This document shows, one piece after another, positions 1 through 9,114 of a stretch of DNA of 64,000 nt. The notes under the pieces are model-generated. The model was given only the letters and a program-made list of their open reading frames with translations. It was not told the DNA's origin and did no database searches. A program made the translations under genes and the position numbers. Source of the stretch: Armatimonadota bacterium (lineage in GTDB: Bacteria; Armatimonadota; UBA5829; DTLH01). The stretch spans positions 9,278 to 73,277 of the forward strand of contig JAKPFN010000079.1 in the NCBI GenBank assembly GCA_029551395.1, given 5' to 3'. Positions within the stretch are counted from its first letter, which is position 1; each line of letters begins with the position of its first letter.

Positions 1-359
1 GGTGCCAAGGTCATCTAAAAGAGGTGAGTCCTGGTCTTTGAGGCTCTGGATATACTCCTCGACAATACGGCTAAATACCGCACTTCCAGTCAGTTCACCG
101 ATTGTCGAGCAGATAAGCCCATCTGTGTGCAGAATTATCTGATTTCCTTCTGTATCTATGCTTCTGAGTGACATTTTCTATACCATATACGTAAAAACCG
201 CCAACGATTGCAGCATGCCATCGTTGGCGGCCAATATTATGAAATAAGGGAGGCTTATCTGCACTCCCGTTTGCTTCATCTCTACAACTAGCTGAAATGA
301 TACCGTTTGAAGGCCGGAAAGTCAACATTAAAAGACATTGTTTTCGGAATCAATCTAAG

Positions 360-764
360 CTATTCGCAGAAGACACGAACCGTTTCTTCCTCATCTTTTA
401 CATCAATGGAAACTCCGCTGAGTCCATCGATGAGTTCTTCCAGTGTTTCCGGTTTAATATTGGACAGGTCGAATTGTATTCCTTTTTCCTCTAACTTACC
501 GCTGATTTTAGCCTGTGCCTCTGGAGGAATAAGCGCTCCCAGCTTAACTCCTGCGCGGATAAGCTGAAGCGGTACGCGGATGTCGACTTGCTCATCTTCA
601 CCTTTGACAAACACCCGGAAAAAACGAGGTCTGGTTACTGTAGTGGCTTGTTCAGCTCCACCAGCATTTCTTTCTCTCATAGCATCCAGCAGGCGCTCAG
701 CCTCATCCGTATTAATCTTTCCCTGTGCCAGCATCTCAAGAATCTGGCGGCGTTCATTTGACAT
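360..764 (-). CDS. Hypothetical protein with a YvlB/LiaX-N-like motif (ILEMLAQGKINTDEAERLL). The likely true start is the internal ATG at 764, which has an AAGGAGG RBS.
   Basis: ORF 360..800. An AAGGAGG sits 7 nt upstream of the second ATG. The N-terminal helix motif is typical of SHOCT/LiaX-like small proteins. Confidence 0.4.
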   Translation of the reverse strand: MSNERRQILEMLAQGKINTDEAERLLDAMRERNAGGAEQATTVTRPRFFRVFVKGEDEQVDIRVPLQLIRAGVKLGALIPPEAQAKISGKLEEKGIQFDLSNIKPETLEELIDGLSGVSIDVKDEEETVRVFCE

Positions 765-777
765 TACTGCTCCTCCT

Positions 778-1059
778 TTAGGAAAAACTGATGTAAACAT
801 TGTCTTCTTTGTCTTTCACCTTTACTCTCAGTCCTCTAACACGGCAGAAGACATTAAAGAGATAAGGGCCTGCTAATAGAAGCCGTTTGCCAGTGCCTTT
901 AGGCCAGGTAATAAACGCTGCTAACAGAACTACCGGGGCAAGTAGAATACCGATTGCCAGAATAATCGGCCAAATCAGGAACAAAGGCAGGCAAAGCCCC
1001 AATCCTTTACTGTCTTGCTCTTTTATTCGTATTCGAAGGATCGATGGCGGAAAAATCAT
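778..1059 (-). CDS. Small membrane protein, hypothetical
   Basis: 93-aa ORF with two hydrophobic segments. It overlaps its neighbours by a few nt, consistent with an operon. Confidence 0.35.
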   Translation of the reverse strand: MIFPPSILRIRIKEQDSKGLGLCLPLFLIWPIILAIGILLAPVVLLAAFITWPKGTGKRLLLAGPYLFNVFCRVRGLRVKVKDKEDNVYISFS

Positions 1060-1062
1060 CTT

Positions 1063-1443
1063 CTATTGTCCTTTTAAAATATCAAGAGCTTCATCTACAG
1101 ATATTTCACCACGGTCCAATCTACGAAGAACATCATCTGCTGGAGGAACGGGAGCAACATCCACAAAACTTAACTGCTCACCAATTCTGTTCAGCCGGTT
1201 TTTTATAGTGGGGTAACTAACGCCAAACAACTGCTCCATCTGCTTTATAGAACCATGACTGCGTATAAAGGCGGCTACGAAAACTTGATCATCTGTAGAC
1301 AAGTTTGCCAGGGGAGGCAGATCGAATTCACCTTCAATAGTGATGTCTTCATCAGCAAGTCTGACCTTTTGGATTGTAAGCCGTGCCCCTTGAGTCATTT
1401 TTGTTAGTTCATACCAGTCTTTTACCACGCTACTACCTACCAT
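1063..1443 (-). CDS. DUF2089-like small HTH protein with a C-terminal SHOCT-like tail
   Basis: HTH-like segment GVSYPTIKNRLNRIGEQL. C-terminal motif RLDRGEISVDEALDIL. Confidence 0.4.
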   Translation of the reverse strand: MVGSSVVKDWYELTKMTQGARLTIQKVRLADEDITIEGEFDLPPLANLSTDDQVFVAAFIRSHGSIKQMEQLFGVSYPTIKNRLNRIGEQLSFVDVAPVPPADDVLRRLDRGEISVDEALDILKGQ

Positions 1444-1591
1444 GATTAAAAATCATTATCATGTATAACCTTTCAAATTGAATATGTCAATAGCCTAATT
1501 AAATATATTAATCTCTATAATTATCAGTGGTTTATATTGATGTAAAGCAAAACCATTTTTTTACTGGTTCAGATTTACCCGGTCTACCTGC

Positions 1592-1620
1592 TTGACATAC
1601 CTCTCGGACGGCTGTAGAAT
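1592..1620 (+). promoter_or_regulatory. Sigma-70-like promoter TTGACA-17-TAGAAT upstream of the DUF2905/queA operon
   Basis: TTGACA at 1592-1597, 17-nt spacer, TAGAAT at 1615-1620, about 45 nt upstream of the ORF at 1664. Confidence 0.5.
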
Positions 1621-1663
1621 ACCGTGACGTATAACTTTGCTGTAGAAAGTTGGACATCAGTCA

Positions 1664-1864
1664 TTGGGCAAGATTCTGGTCCTGATCGGCATAATCATAG
1701 TGGCGATGGGCCTTCTGCTGATGTTTTTTGAAAACGTTGGCTGGAGGATGCCGGGAGATATCTACTACCGTCGAGATGGCGTAGTGATATGGATCCCTAT
1801 TGTCACTATGATAATCCTCAGTTTGATTCTGACCTTGATTTTAAACTTGTTGTTTCGGAGATAA
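1664..1864 (+). CDS. DUF2905-family small membrane protein
   Basis: 66 aa with two TM segments. Contains the conserved RMPGDIYYRRDG / LPGDI-like motif. Confidence 0.55.
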   Translation: MGKILVLIGIIIVAMGLLLMFFENVGWRMPGDIYYRRDGVVIWIPIVTMIILSLILTLILNLLFRR

Positions 1865-1872
1865 GACGAGGA

Positions 1873-2886
1873 TTGCGGATACAGGAATTTGATTACGAAC
1901 TTCCTGAGGAATACATTGCTCAGGAGCCACTTGCTGAACGGGACCAATCTAGACTGCTTATACTGGATAAAGCAAACGGCAATATAGAACACCGTCGTTT
2001 TTTGGATATTGTTGAGTATCTCAAACAAGATGATTTACTGGTGCTAAACGATACGCGAGTCGTCGCAACGCGGCTTCGAGGTAATAAGCATACCGGCGCT
2101 GCTGTTGAGGCGCTTCTTCTCAAACAGGTTGGAGATAATCGCTGGCAGGCGATGGTGAAGCCTGGGCGAAGAGTTCCAGTCGGGACAGAAGTAGTCTTTG
2201 GTGATGGCGAACTGACTGCAGTTGCAGTGGAACGACTGGATGATGGCGGGCGGATACTGGAATTCTTCTGTGAAGGCGACTGTGATGATGCCATTGCCAG
2301 GCTGGGAGAAGTCCCGCTGCCGCCATATATCTGCAAACGTTTGGAAGACAGAGAGCGGTATCAGACTGTTTATGCTCATGAAGGCGGATCAGCAGCCGCA
2401 CCTACAGCCGGATTGCATTTTACGGCTCAAGTGTTCGATGCACTTCGTTCCAAAGGTATAGATTGGACTTTTATTACTCTTCATGTGGGAATTGGGACAT
2501 TCCGGCCTGTCAGAGTCGAAAATATTTATGAGCACGAGATGCACGCAGAATCCGTATTCATAGGTGAAGCGTCAGTCGAGAAGATAAATTCCTGCAAAGG
2601 CCGGATTATTTGTGTAGGGACTACAACAGCCAGAGCGCTTGAAAGTGCAGCAGTAGCAAAAGGCAAAGTAGCTCCTATGTGTGGTGAAACCCGGTTGTTC
2701 ATCACACCAGGTTATGATTTCAAGATTGTTGATGCATTAGTAACTAATTATCATATGCCGAGGTCGACACTTTTAGTGCTGATCAGCGCTTTTGCCGGCA
2801 GAGATTTAATAATGAAAGCTTACCACGAAGCACTGAAGGAGCATTACAGGTTCCTCAGCTTCGGAGATGCAATGTTTATAAAGTAA
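1873..2886 (+). CDS. queA: S-adenosylmethionine:tRNA ribosyltransferase-isomerase QueA
   Basis: Full-length match to the QueA pattern: FDYELPEEYIAQEPL, TRVVATRL, AAPTAGLHFT, LVTNYHMPRSTLLVLISAF, FLSFGDAMFI. The N-terminus aligns from a TTG at 1873; the upstream ATG at 1789 would add 28 non-conserved residues. Confidence 0.9.
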   Translation: MRIQEFDYELPEEYIAQEPLAERDQSRLLILDKANGNIEHRRFLDIVEYLKQDDLLVLNDTRVVATRLRGNKHTGAAVEALLLKQVGDNRWQAMVKPGRRVPVGTEVVFGDGELTAVAVERLDDGGRILEFFCEGDCDDAIARLGEVPLPPYICKRLEDRERYQTVYAHEGGSAAAPTAGLHFTAQVFDALRSKGIDWTFITLHVGIGTFRPVRVENIYEHEMHAESVFIGEASVEKINSCKGRIICVGTTTARALESAAVAKGKVAPMCGETRLFITPGYDFKIVDALVTNYHMPRSTLLVLISAFAGRDLIMKAYHEALKEHYRFLSFGDAMFIK

Positions 2887-2916
2887 GGAATGTCAAAGTA
2901 TACTTAGGAGGGACAA

Positions 2917-3999
2917 ATGGGCAACTACGACGCTGAACTTGGAGAGTGGTTAAAGTACGTTCAACAGTATATCAATGATGATGATCAGGAAGAGCAAAAA
3001 CAGGAAGATGTTCAGCCTCAGCAGGAAGTAAAGGTAGAACCAAAACCAGTTGAACAATCGGATAGGCTTATTATCAGTGACAGGTTAGGTCGCGTCTTAC
3101 CTGAGGACACAAGGGAAATGGATTCTGAATCAGTGATCGCTGATTCGTCACTGCTTGACCGCCGAATGCCGGAACATCAGGACATTCGTGATAGAGGATC
3201 AGCAAGGCTTTTCGAGGATTCTGATGTCCCTGATGTCGAAGACTATCTGCCGTTTTTGAAGGAGCCTGAGGATCGTCCCCAAGTAGACCGCTCCCGAATG
3301 CCAGAACCAAAACCTGAAGTCCGTCCTGCACCTGAACGTGAAATAACTCGCCGAATTGAGCCGGAAGTACCTTTTTCAGACCCTCTACTTCCGTTCTCCG
3401 AAGGTACCGGTGAGCCTAAACCTGTTATACGCAAACCAGAACCTGTGCCAGTAGATGAGCCGGTTCAACCGGTCAAGCCTGTTGACACCGCACAGGCACC
3501 TAAGCCTGTAAGCATAGATCCTGTCATCAAGCAACCACAGATCCAGCCTCAGTCTCAGCCTCAGTCTCAGCCTCAATCCAGCCCAGAAGTACGGCATGAA
3601 GTTGCTCACGAACCTGTGAAAGTACAGCCTGTTATGTCTTCTGCTCCCAGTTCAGAAGAAGTACAGGAAATGTGGGATAAGTTGCCGAGACATATTCAGC
3701 TTTTAATGGGGCAGGCAAAGCAGGAAGTAGCTCAGCATTCCTATAAGCAGTTCAAGGAAACTCGTGAGGAACTGATTGCAAGGCTACTTGACCCAACGCT
3801 GTCACTTGAAGAAACAGCTCGAATATTGAATGTTTGTCCGACGACCGTCCGCAGATATACTAACCGAGGCGTATTGCGGCATATTCGCACAGTAGGCAAC
3901 CAGAGAAGGTTCAGGCTTTCTGATGTTCTGGCGTTTCTTGAGTCACAGACTCGGCCTACTAACAGTGGAAGTAAGCTGTCAGCAGAGATAGAGAACTAA
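2917..3999 (+). CDS. DNA-binding protein: a long acidic/Pro-rich disordered N-terminal region plus a C-terminal excisionase/MerR-type HTH (HTH_17-like)
   Basis: The C-terminal sequence LSLEETARILNVCPTTVRRYTNRGVLRHI is HTH-like. The first ~300 aa are low-complexity (E/P/Q/V-rich). Confidence 0.55.
   Translation: MGNYDAELGEWLKYVQQYINDDDQEEQKQEDVQPQQEVKVEPKPVEQSDRLIISDRLGRVLPEDTREMDSESVIADSSLLDRRMPEHQDIRDRGSARLFEDSDVPDVEDYLPFLKEPEDRPQVDRSRMPEPKPEVRPAPEREITRRIEPEVPFSDPLLPFSEGTGEPKPVIRKPEPVPVDEPVQPVKPVDTAQAPKPVSIDPVIKQPQIQPQSQPQSQPQSSPEVRHEVAHEPVKVQPVMSSAPSSEEVQEMWDKLPRHIQLLMGQAKQEVAQHSYKQFKETREELIARLLDPTLSLEETARILNVCPTTVRRYTNRGVLRHIRTVGNQRRFRLSDVLAFLESQTRPTNSGSKLSAEIEN
3544..3579 (+). repeat. 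12-bp tandem repeat (CAGCCTCAGTCT) x3 encoding (QPQS)n inside the 2917-3999 CDS
   Basis: Direct reading of the sequence. The antisense strand gives an artefactual LRLRLR ORF. Confidence 0.8.
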
Positions 4000-4098
4000 G
4001 TGTGCTAATCTGGCGAAAGGAAGGGTTGCATCTGCCGGATTTGGATGGGATTATATCTCATTGAAGCACATCTTTACGGATGATTCGGCGTTGTCGGC

Positions 4099-5241
4099 AT
4101 GCGTATAGCAATCTTTAGCGAAAGCTACGAACCTGTGGTAAATGGAGTGAGTGTAGTAGTGGCAATGTTGCGCGACGGCCTAAGGGCACGCGGACATGAA
4201 GTTACTATTTACGCATCCCATTTTCCTGGATATAAAGATGGCGAAGGCGTTTTACGGTTTCCATCTCGGATGACCAAATATGCTCCTGGTTATCCACTTG
4301 CTATTCCGTATGCTCCAAAGCTTCGCAATGCATTTTTTTCCAATCCACCTGATATTGTCCATACTCAGACTCCATTTCTCTTGGGCTACATAGGAATGAA
4401 GTGGGCAAAATGTGCCGGTGTGCCTATCGTCTCAACTAACCACACGCTATATACCGAGTATACTCACTATGTGCCAGTTCTGCCTGGTTCAATTACGCGG
4501 TCTGCACTCGTACGATGGATGCGGTGGTATTATCAAAGGTGTGATTCGATAGTAGTACCATCAGGTCCGGTTTCTGAAGTACTGCACCGGTATGGAGTAG
4601 AAAAACCAATCCATGTTATAAAGAGCGGAGTTACCACTAAACAGGTAGATAGTAGAGAGGATTTCAGGAAAGCATACGGGATTTCTTCCGATACCTTTGT
4701 GTTACTGTATGTCGGCCGTATAGCCAGAGAAAAGAACCTGGAATTGATTTTGAAGTCATTTAGGGCAGCGCAGGAGAGTTGTTCCAATGTTAATCTTATG
4801 ATTGTCGGAAGCGGCCCTTATGAGGAAGAATTCCGCCAGCTTGTTGGAGACTTGGGAGTCAGTAAAAATGTAGTATTTACAGGTGTTTTGGATCATAAAG
4901 GGATATCCAGCGCATACAGTGCAGCCGATGCCTTTGTTTTTTCTTCACTCACTGACACTCAGGGGCTGGTCTTATGCGAAGCATTGACTACGGGATTGCC
5001 GTGCGTAGCAGTCGGAGCAGGTGGCGTGCCGGAAGTGCTCGAAGATGGCGTGGATTCGATACTGACGGAGAACTCCGTGGACGACTTTTCCAAAGCCATC
5101 TGTAAATTGGTTAGAACTCCTGATTTTAGGGCAAAACTTGCTGCTGGGGCTATTCAAAACAGTGCTAAATACACAGTCGATGCAATGGCCGAACGGTTCG
5201 AAAAATATTATTTATCTGAAATAGAGAGGAAAAGAGGATAG
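4099..5241 (+). CDS. Family 4 glycosyltransferase (GT4; diacylglycerol/lipid glycosyltransferase-like)
   Basis: MRIAIFSESYEPVVNGVS at the N-terminus and an EX7E-type C-terminal half (FSSLTDTQGLVLCEALTTGLPCVA). Confidence 0.8.
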   Translation: MRIAIFSESYEPVVNGVSVVVAMLRDGLRARGHEVTIYASHFPGYKDGEGVLRFPSRMTKYAPGYPLAIPYAPKLRNAFFSNPPDIVHTQTPFLLGYIGMKWAKCAGVPIVSTNHTLYTEYTHYVPVLPGSITRSALVRWMRWYYQRCDSIVVPSGPVSEVLHRYGVEKPIHVIKSGVTTKQVDSREDFRKAYGISSDTFVLLYVGRIAREKNLELILKSFRAAQESCSNVNLMIVGSGPYEEEFRQLVGDLGVSKNVVFTGVLDHKGISSAYSAADAFVFSSLTDTQGLVLCEALTTGLPCVAVGAGGVPEVLEDGVDSILTENSVDDFSKAICKLVRTPDFRAKLAAGAIQNSAKYTVDAMAERFEKYYLSEIERKRG

Positions 5242-5244
5242 GAA

Positions 5245-5883
5245 TTGGAGCATATACTAGGAATAATAAGCAAATGGGTTATGGAGCAGATTACAGCCCT
5301 TGGTTATGTAGGGGTTGCACTGTTAATGGCAATTGAAAGCGCGTGTATCCCTCTTCCAAGTGAAGTTATCATGCCATTTGCGGGGTTCCTGACAGTTAAA
5401 ACAGCGGAAAATCCCAACCCTATGTCACTTTTTGGCGCAGCAGTCGCCGGTGCAGTTGGGTGCGTGATTGGGTCGGTAGTTGCTTACTACGCTGGTATGT
5501 ATGGCGGTCGGCCTTTTATCGAACGTTATGGCAAGTATGTGCTTATCAGAAAGAAAGACCTCGATACAGCCGATAGATGGTTTTCAAAATACGGCGATGC
5601 TGCAGTTTTTATCTCTCGACTCTTGCCTGTCGTGCGTACTTTTATCTCGTTTCCAGCAGGTATTGCGCGTGTCAGGTTCGGCAGGTTTATAATTTATACA
5701 TTTGTTGGTTCTCTGCCCTGGTGTTATGTGCTTGCATACTTTGGCAGAAAACTCGGTGAGAACTGGACTAATCTGAGACATTATTTCCACAATATCGATA
5801 TTGTAATTGGCATAATTGTTGTGTTGGGAATTGCTTTCTACCTTTACCATCATCTAAAACCTGAAAAGAAGAAAGCCGAATAG
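5245..5883 (+). CDS. DedA/SNARE-associated family membrane protein
   Basis: Pattern of TM helices and the characteristic GxxxPxxxxxxxxG-like segment (IPLPSEVIMPFAGFL). Starts 3 nt after the GT4 stop. Confidence 0.75.
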   Translation: MEHILGIISKWVMEQITALGYVGVALLMAIESACIPLPSEVIMPFAGFLTVKTAENPNPMSLFGAAVAGAVGCVIGSVVAYYAGMYGGRPFIERYGKYVLIRKKDLDTADRWFSKYGDAAVFISRLLPVVRTFISFPAGIARVRFGRFIIYTFVGSLPWCYVLAYFGRKLGENWTNLRHYFHNIDIVIGIIVVLGIAFYLYHHLKPEKKKAE

Positions 5884-6109
5884 TCATCCAACAAAAGGAC
5901 TGGGGTGGAGGACTACCTATGTCAATCCAACATTCCAGTTTAGGTATATTCGCCTTTACGTCACGCGTATTACTTGATAAACTACAGTTGAGTTAGCAAT
6001 TTTCGCTAAGGCCGCATAATCTGTAACCGGATATTCTCAACATATGCGGATAATCTTACAGGGCTAAGGCAAACAACCGGGATGGCCGATAATGAGACTG
6101 ACCCGGTAA

Positions 6110-7315
6110 TTGTACGAGGAAGGACCAGTCTTGTCGGACGAATCTATACTTGAGCAGCTTAAAGAAAAACTCAATAGAGCGCTGAGAGCTAAAGCAGTTC
6201 TTTCAGAGAGAAGTAAGCAGTTGGCTCAGCAGGTTGAGGATCTGAAAAAACGCGAAGATCAGACAGACCATCTTGTCATGGAGATGCTGGACCGTCAACG
6301 CGAGCTTAACTTCATGCTGCATCGCGCTAACTCAGTCCTCCAGCGTATTCAAGAAGCTAATGCCATTCTCTCGACTGAATTTACCGAACTGGTAAAGGAA
6401 CTGCCTGCACCAGGAGGAGGCAGTGCGCCGGACTGGGAAGACCGTGTCAGAAAGATAAATGACCTGTTCAAGCGGACCGGAGCCTTGGCTGACGAGGTGC
6501 AGGACGAAATCTTCCGTCGTGGTTTGGATGCCGATGATATAAAAACCACCTTACGTGATACTGCAAGCAAGCCACAAGCTACATCGCAGCCCGAACAAGG
6601 GACATCGTCCACTGAACCAGTTGAAATGCCTCAGCCTGAGCAGGAAACGGCATCAGAACAGCCTACCGAGGCAGTGGTCGAATCCAATGATACTGAACCA
6701 GTTGATCATGAACCAGAAATAGAAGCTCCTGTTGAACCTGAGGTGATTGAAGCAGTTCTGGTGGATGTAGCTTCCACTGCAGTGGATCAAATCGTTGACA
6801 TGGAGCCTATTGATAGCGAAAAGCAGCAAAAAATGGATCAGCTTTTTGGAAGCAAGCAAGTTGACAATCCTGATTTTGATCTTCCTGAGCAAGACAAAGC
6901 GCCTGGTGACAAGCCTGATAAACCCGGAGTTCTATCTAGATTATGGAATAAACTGTCCAAGCGTCAGGATGGCAACTCTCATCCAAAGCAAGACGACTCT
7001 CTTGAGGATGTAGACATAGAGAATAATGCATCTTCAGTGTCTGATGCAAGCAGTGAGCCAGATGAGCTAACTTGCGACAGCAAAAAATCAGAGTCCGAAG
7101 TAGCCTGTGTTGCTGACTCTGACAGTACAGAAGCGTTATCAACGCTGTTAGATGACACTGCTAATGAGGTAGAACGGCTTTCTTTTGAATTTATCCCGCT
7201 AGATGCTGAAGATTCTGCCGCTGCAAATAAGGATGTCAGTGATAAACCAGTCAAACGTGTCAATCGGCGAGTTAGAAGCGGCCAGCAAAGTGGTCAGGCT
7301 CCGGCTGCCGGTTAA
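6110..7315 (+). CDS. Hypothetical acidic protein with an N-terminal coiled coil and a D/E/S-rich tail
   Basis: ORF only; no recognisable domain. TTG start at 6110. An alternative TTG at 6131 has an AGGAAGGA RBS. Confidence 0.4.
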   Translation: MYEEGPVLSDESILEQLKEKLNRALRAKAVLSERSKQLAQQVEDLKKREDQTDHLVMEMLDRQRELNFMLHRANSVLQRIQEANAILSTEFTELVKELPAPGGGSAPDWEDRVRKINDLFKRTGALADEVQDEIFRRGLDADDIKTTLRDTASKPQATSQPEQGTSSTEPVEMPQPEQETASEQPTEAVVESNDTEPVDHEPEIEAPVEPEVIEAVLVDVASTAVDQIVDMEPIDSEKQQKMDQLFGSKQVDNPDFDLPEQDKAPGDKPDKPGVLSRLWNKLSKRQDGNSHPKQDDSLEDVDIENNASSVSDASSEPDELTCDSKKSESEVACVADSDSTEALSTLLDDTANEVERLSFEFIPLDAEDSAAANKDVSDKPVKRVNRRVRSGQQSGQAPAAG

Positions 7316-7331
7316 CAAATAATCAGACTGC

Positions 7332-7967
7332 CTACTGGTCTGCTCCGCTCCCAATACTTCCGGTTGATAAATGACAGGTGTCATTCATCGTCACCAGAAG
7401 AGGTTTCCCTGAAATAATATGGAGTATTGTAATCGCTCCGTTGTCTGCACGTATACGGCGGTAAATTTCAGGCCCGGCGCCTAGAGCAGCAGCAATCAAC
7501 CCTCTGACAGTGCCTCCATGACAGGCGACAGCTATGGTAGCATCAGGATGTAATTCTGTTACCTTGTCCAAAAACCGTCTACAGCGTTTGATTACATCTT
7601 CCAACCGTTCAGCATCCGGCGGGCGATTGTTGATAGAGTCTTTTGAATAAGCTGCATACTCCTTGGGATACTTTTCAGCAACTTCCTGCATTGTCATACC
7701 TTGCCATCTACCCAGATTAGCTTCACGTAGAAGCGGAGTTGTCTTGACAGGCAGTTTATGGATTTTTGCGACAGCCTCACCTGTTGCTGATGCACGTTTC
7801 AAGTCGCTCGAATAGACAACATCGATTTTTTCGTTCCGCAGACGCTCTGCTGCAAGCCTTGCCTGCTCCAGACCGACCTCCGTAAGCTCGACATCCGTAT
7901 GTCCTTGAATACGGCCATCAGCATTCCAAGCTGTTTCGCCATGTCTTATGAGTAAAAACCTTGTCAT
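7332..7967 (-). CDS. Histidine phosphatase (phosphoglycerate-mutase-like) family protein
   Basis: N-terminal RHGETAWN catalytic motif with downstream conserved His and Glu. Overlaps the upstream gene by 4 nt (ATGA). Confidence 0.8.
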   Translation of the reverse strand: MTRFLLIRHGETAWNADGRIQGHTDVELTEVGLEQARLAAERLRNEKIDVVYSSDLKRASATGEAVAKIHKLPVKTTPLLREANLGRWQGMTMQEVAEKYPKEYAAYSKDSINNRPPDAERLEDVIKRCRRFLDKVTELHPDATIAVACHGGTVRGLIAAALGAGPEIYRRIRADNGAITILHIISGKPLLVTMNDTCHLSTGSIGSGADQ

Positions 7968-9049
7968 ATTGCTCCTGGTCTAATTTTTCCTGATTCTAAA
8001 CCATCCGGCCGAATGCGCATTGAACCAAATTGCACTATGCGAACCGGTGTTACTGAAGCTGCTGGTGTCAATACTGCTATACGTTTTTGCTTAAAATCGA
8101 TAGCCTCAATTATTCCTAAATCTATAGTGTTACCGTTTCCATCGGCAAGTCCTACCAATAAGTTTGTAAAATCCGTTCCGCAAACAATAGTAAACTGGCG
8201 GCTACCATATTTTTCTTTTAATGCTTCGATTCCTGCCATTTGAGGTCTGCATTCAACGACGATATACATTCCATTCCCTACAATCTCAGCGTGCAGGATT
8301 CTGGTCTTTAATATCCGTTCCAAAGCAGGATAGTGCTGCCACTTGACAGGATGGCCTGTAGTGAAGTAGGTTCCCCAACAGACGATATCATCCAGTCTCA
8401 GAAAGTGCCGTCCTGCACTACGAAAGTAATCGTAAAACTGGGAATGTCTTCTTGCAGCGCGAAAAGCCGGAGTCTTTATTTGAACCTCTTTCGGCACCTT
8501 CAGTCTGTGTAGCTTTATCTTCGACATCTTCTCTACTACCGAGAGAATGTGGTTCAGTTCCCGCTTTTTCTGCAGGCCAATCACATGCTGAGGTGAGAGA
8601 AGGTCGATTTTATACAGCTTCAATGTTCGTCCAAGCATCCCGGATACCAGACCGGATGTATCAATGACTACAAGTTTTACACCACGCGCTAATGCCTCAT
8701 CAGCCAGCCGTTTTACTCCAATTACTACAGGTAGCATGTGCTGTACAGGAGTAGTTGACCCAACAAAATACATTCTGCGAGGTTTGAGTTCGCGAATCGA
8801 CTCAACAGGCTGTTCAACGATTGTCATGCTGATGGCTGCAGGAGGGCCAAGCTCAGACTGACCTGTATCGGCATCTATTATCGCTGTAGGGATTTCGGCA
8901 TTAACCCCGGCATTAACCAACTGCCTGGTAAGTGTGGTTTTTCCCGTATCCACAGAACCAACCAACATTGTAATGCCGGGGTTATCTACTATTTCCCTTA
9001 TAGAACTTTCCCAAGTCGCTTCAGTTTCCACGACGACAATTTCACTCAC
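7964..9049 (-). CDS. Clp1/Grc3/Nol9-family P-loop polynucleotide 5'-OH kinase-like protein
   Basis: GSVDTGKTTL Walker A; IDADTGQSELGPPAAIS (compare eukaryotic LDVGQGSVSIPG); YFVGSTTP (compare YHFGSTTP in human CLP1); VVIDTSGLVSG; QFYDYFRSAG. GTG start. Confidence 0.7.
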   Translation of the reverse strand: MSEIVVVETEATWESSIREIVDNPGITMLVGSVDTGKTTLTRQLVNAGVNAEIPTAIIDADTGQSELGPPAAISMTIVEQPVESIRELKPRRMYFVGSTTPVQHMLPVVIGVKRLADEALARGVKLVVIDTSGLVSGMLGRTLKLYKIDLLSPQHVIGLQKKRELNHILSVVEKMSKIKLHRLKVPKEVQIKTPAFRAARRHSQFYDYFRSAGRHFLRLDDIVCWGTYFTTGHPVKWQHYPALERILKTRILHAEIVGNGMYIVVECRPQMAGIEALKEKYGSRQFTIVCGTDFTNLLVGLADGNGNTIDLGIIEAIDFKQKRIAVLTPAASVTPVRIVQFGSMRIRPDGLESGKIRPGAI

Positions 9050-9114
9050 TTAACGATGAATTCCTGCCTTCGCAGCAAACTTATTGCAGACATTGGTAGA
9101 TATTCCATAACAGC

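Noticed and set aside
1444-1663. Riboswitch (preQ1) upstream of queA
   Set aside because: preQ1 riboswitches precede queC/queF/transporter genes, not queA. The region instead contains a clean sigma-70 promoter.
1920-2401. Three minus-strand ORFs (138, 111 and 93 aa) inside queA
   Set aside because: They are antisense to a well-conserved full-length queA. The translations are low-complexity (S/P/R-rich) and look like reverse-frame artefacts.
3385-3609. Minus-strand ORF encoding LRLRLRLRLRL
   Set aside because: It is the antisense reading of the (CAGCCTCAGTCT)n QPQS repeat within the 2917-3999 CDS.
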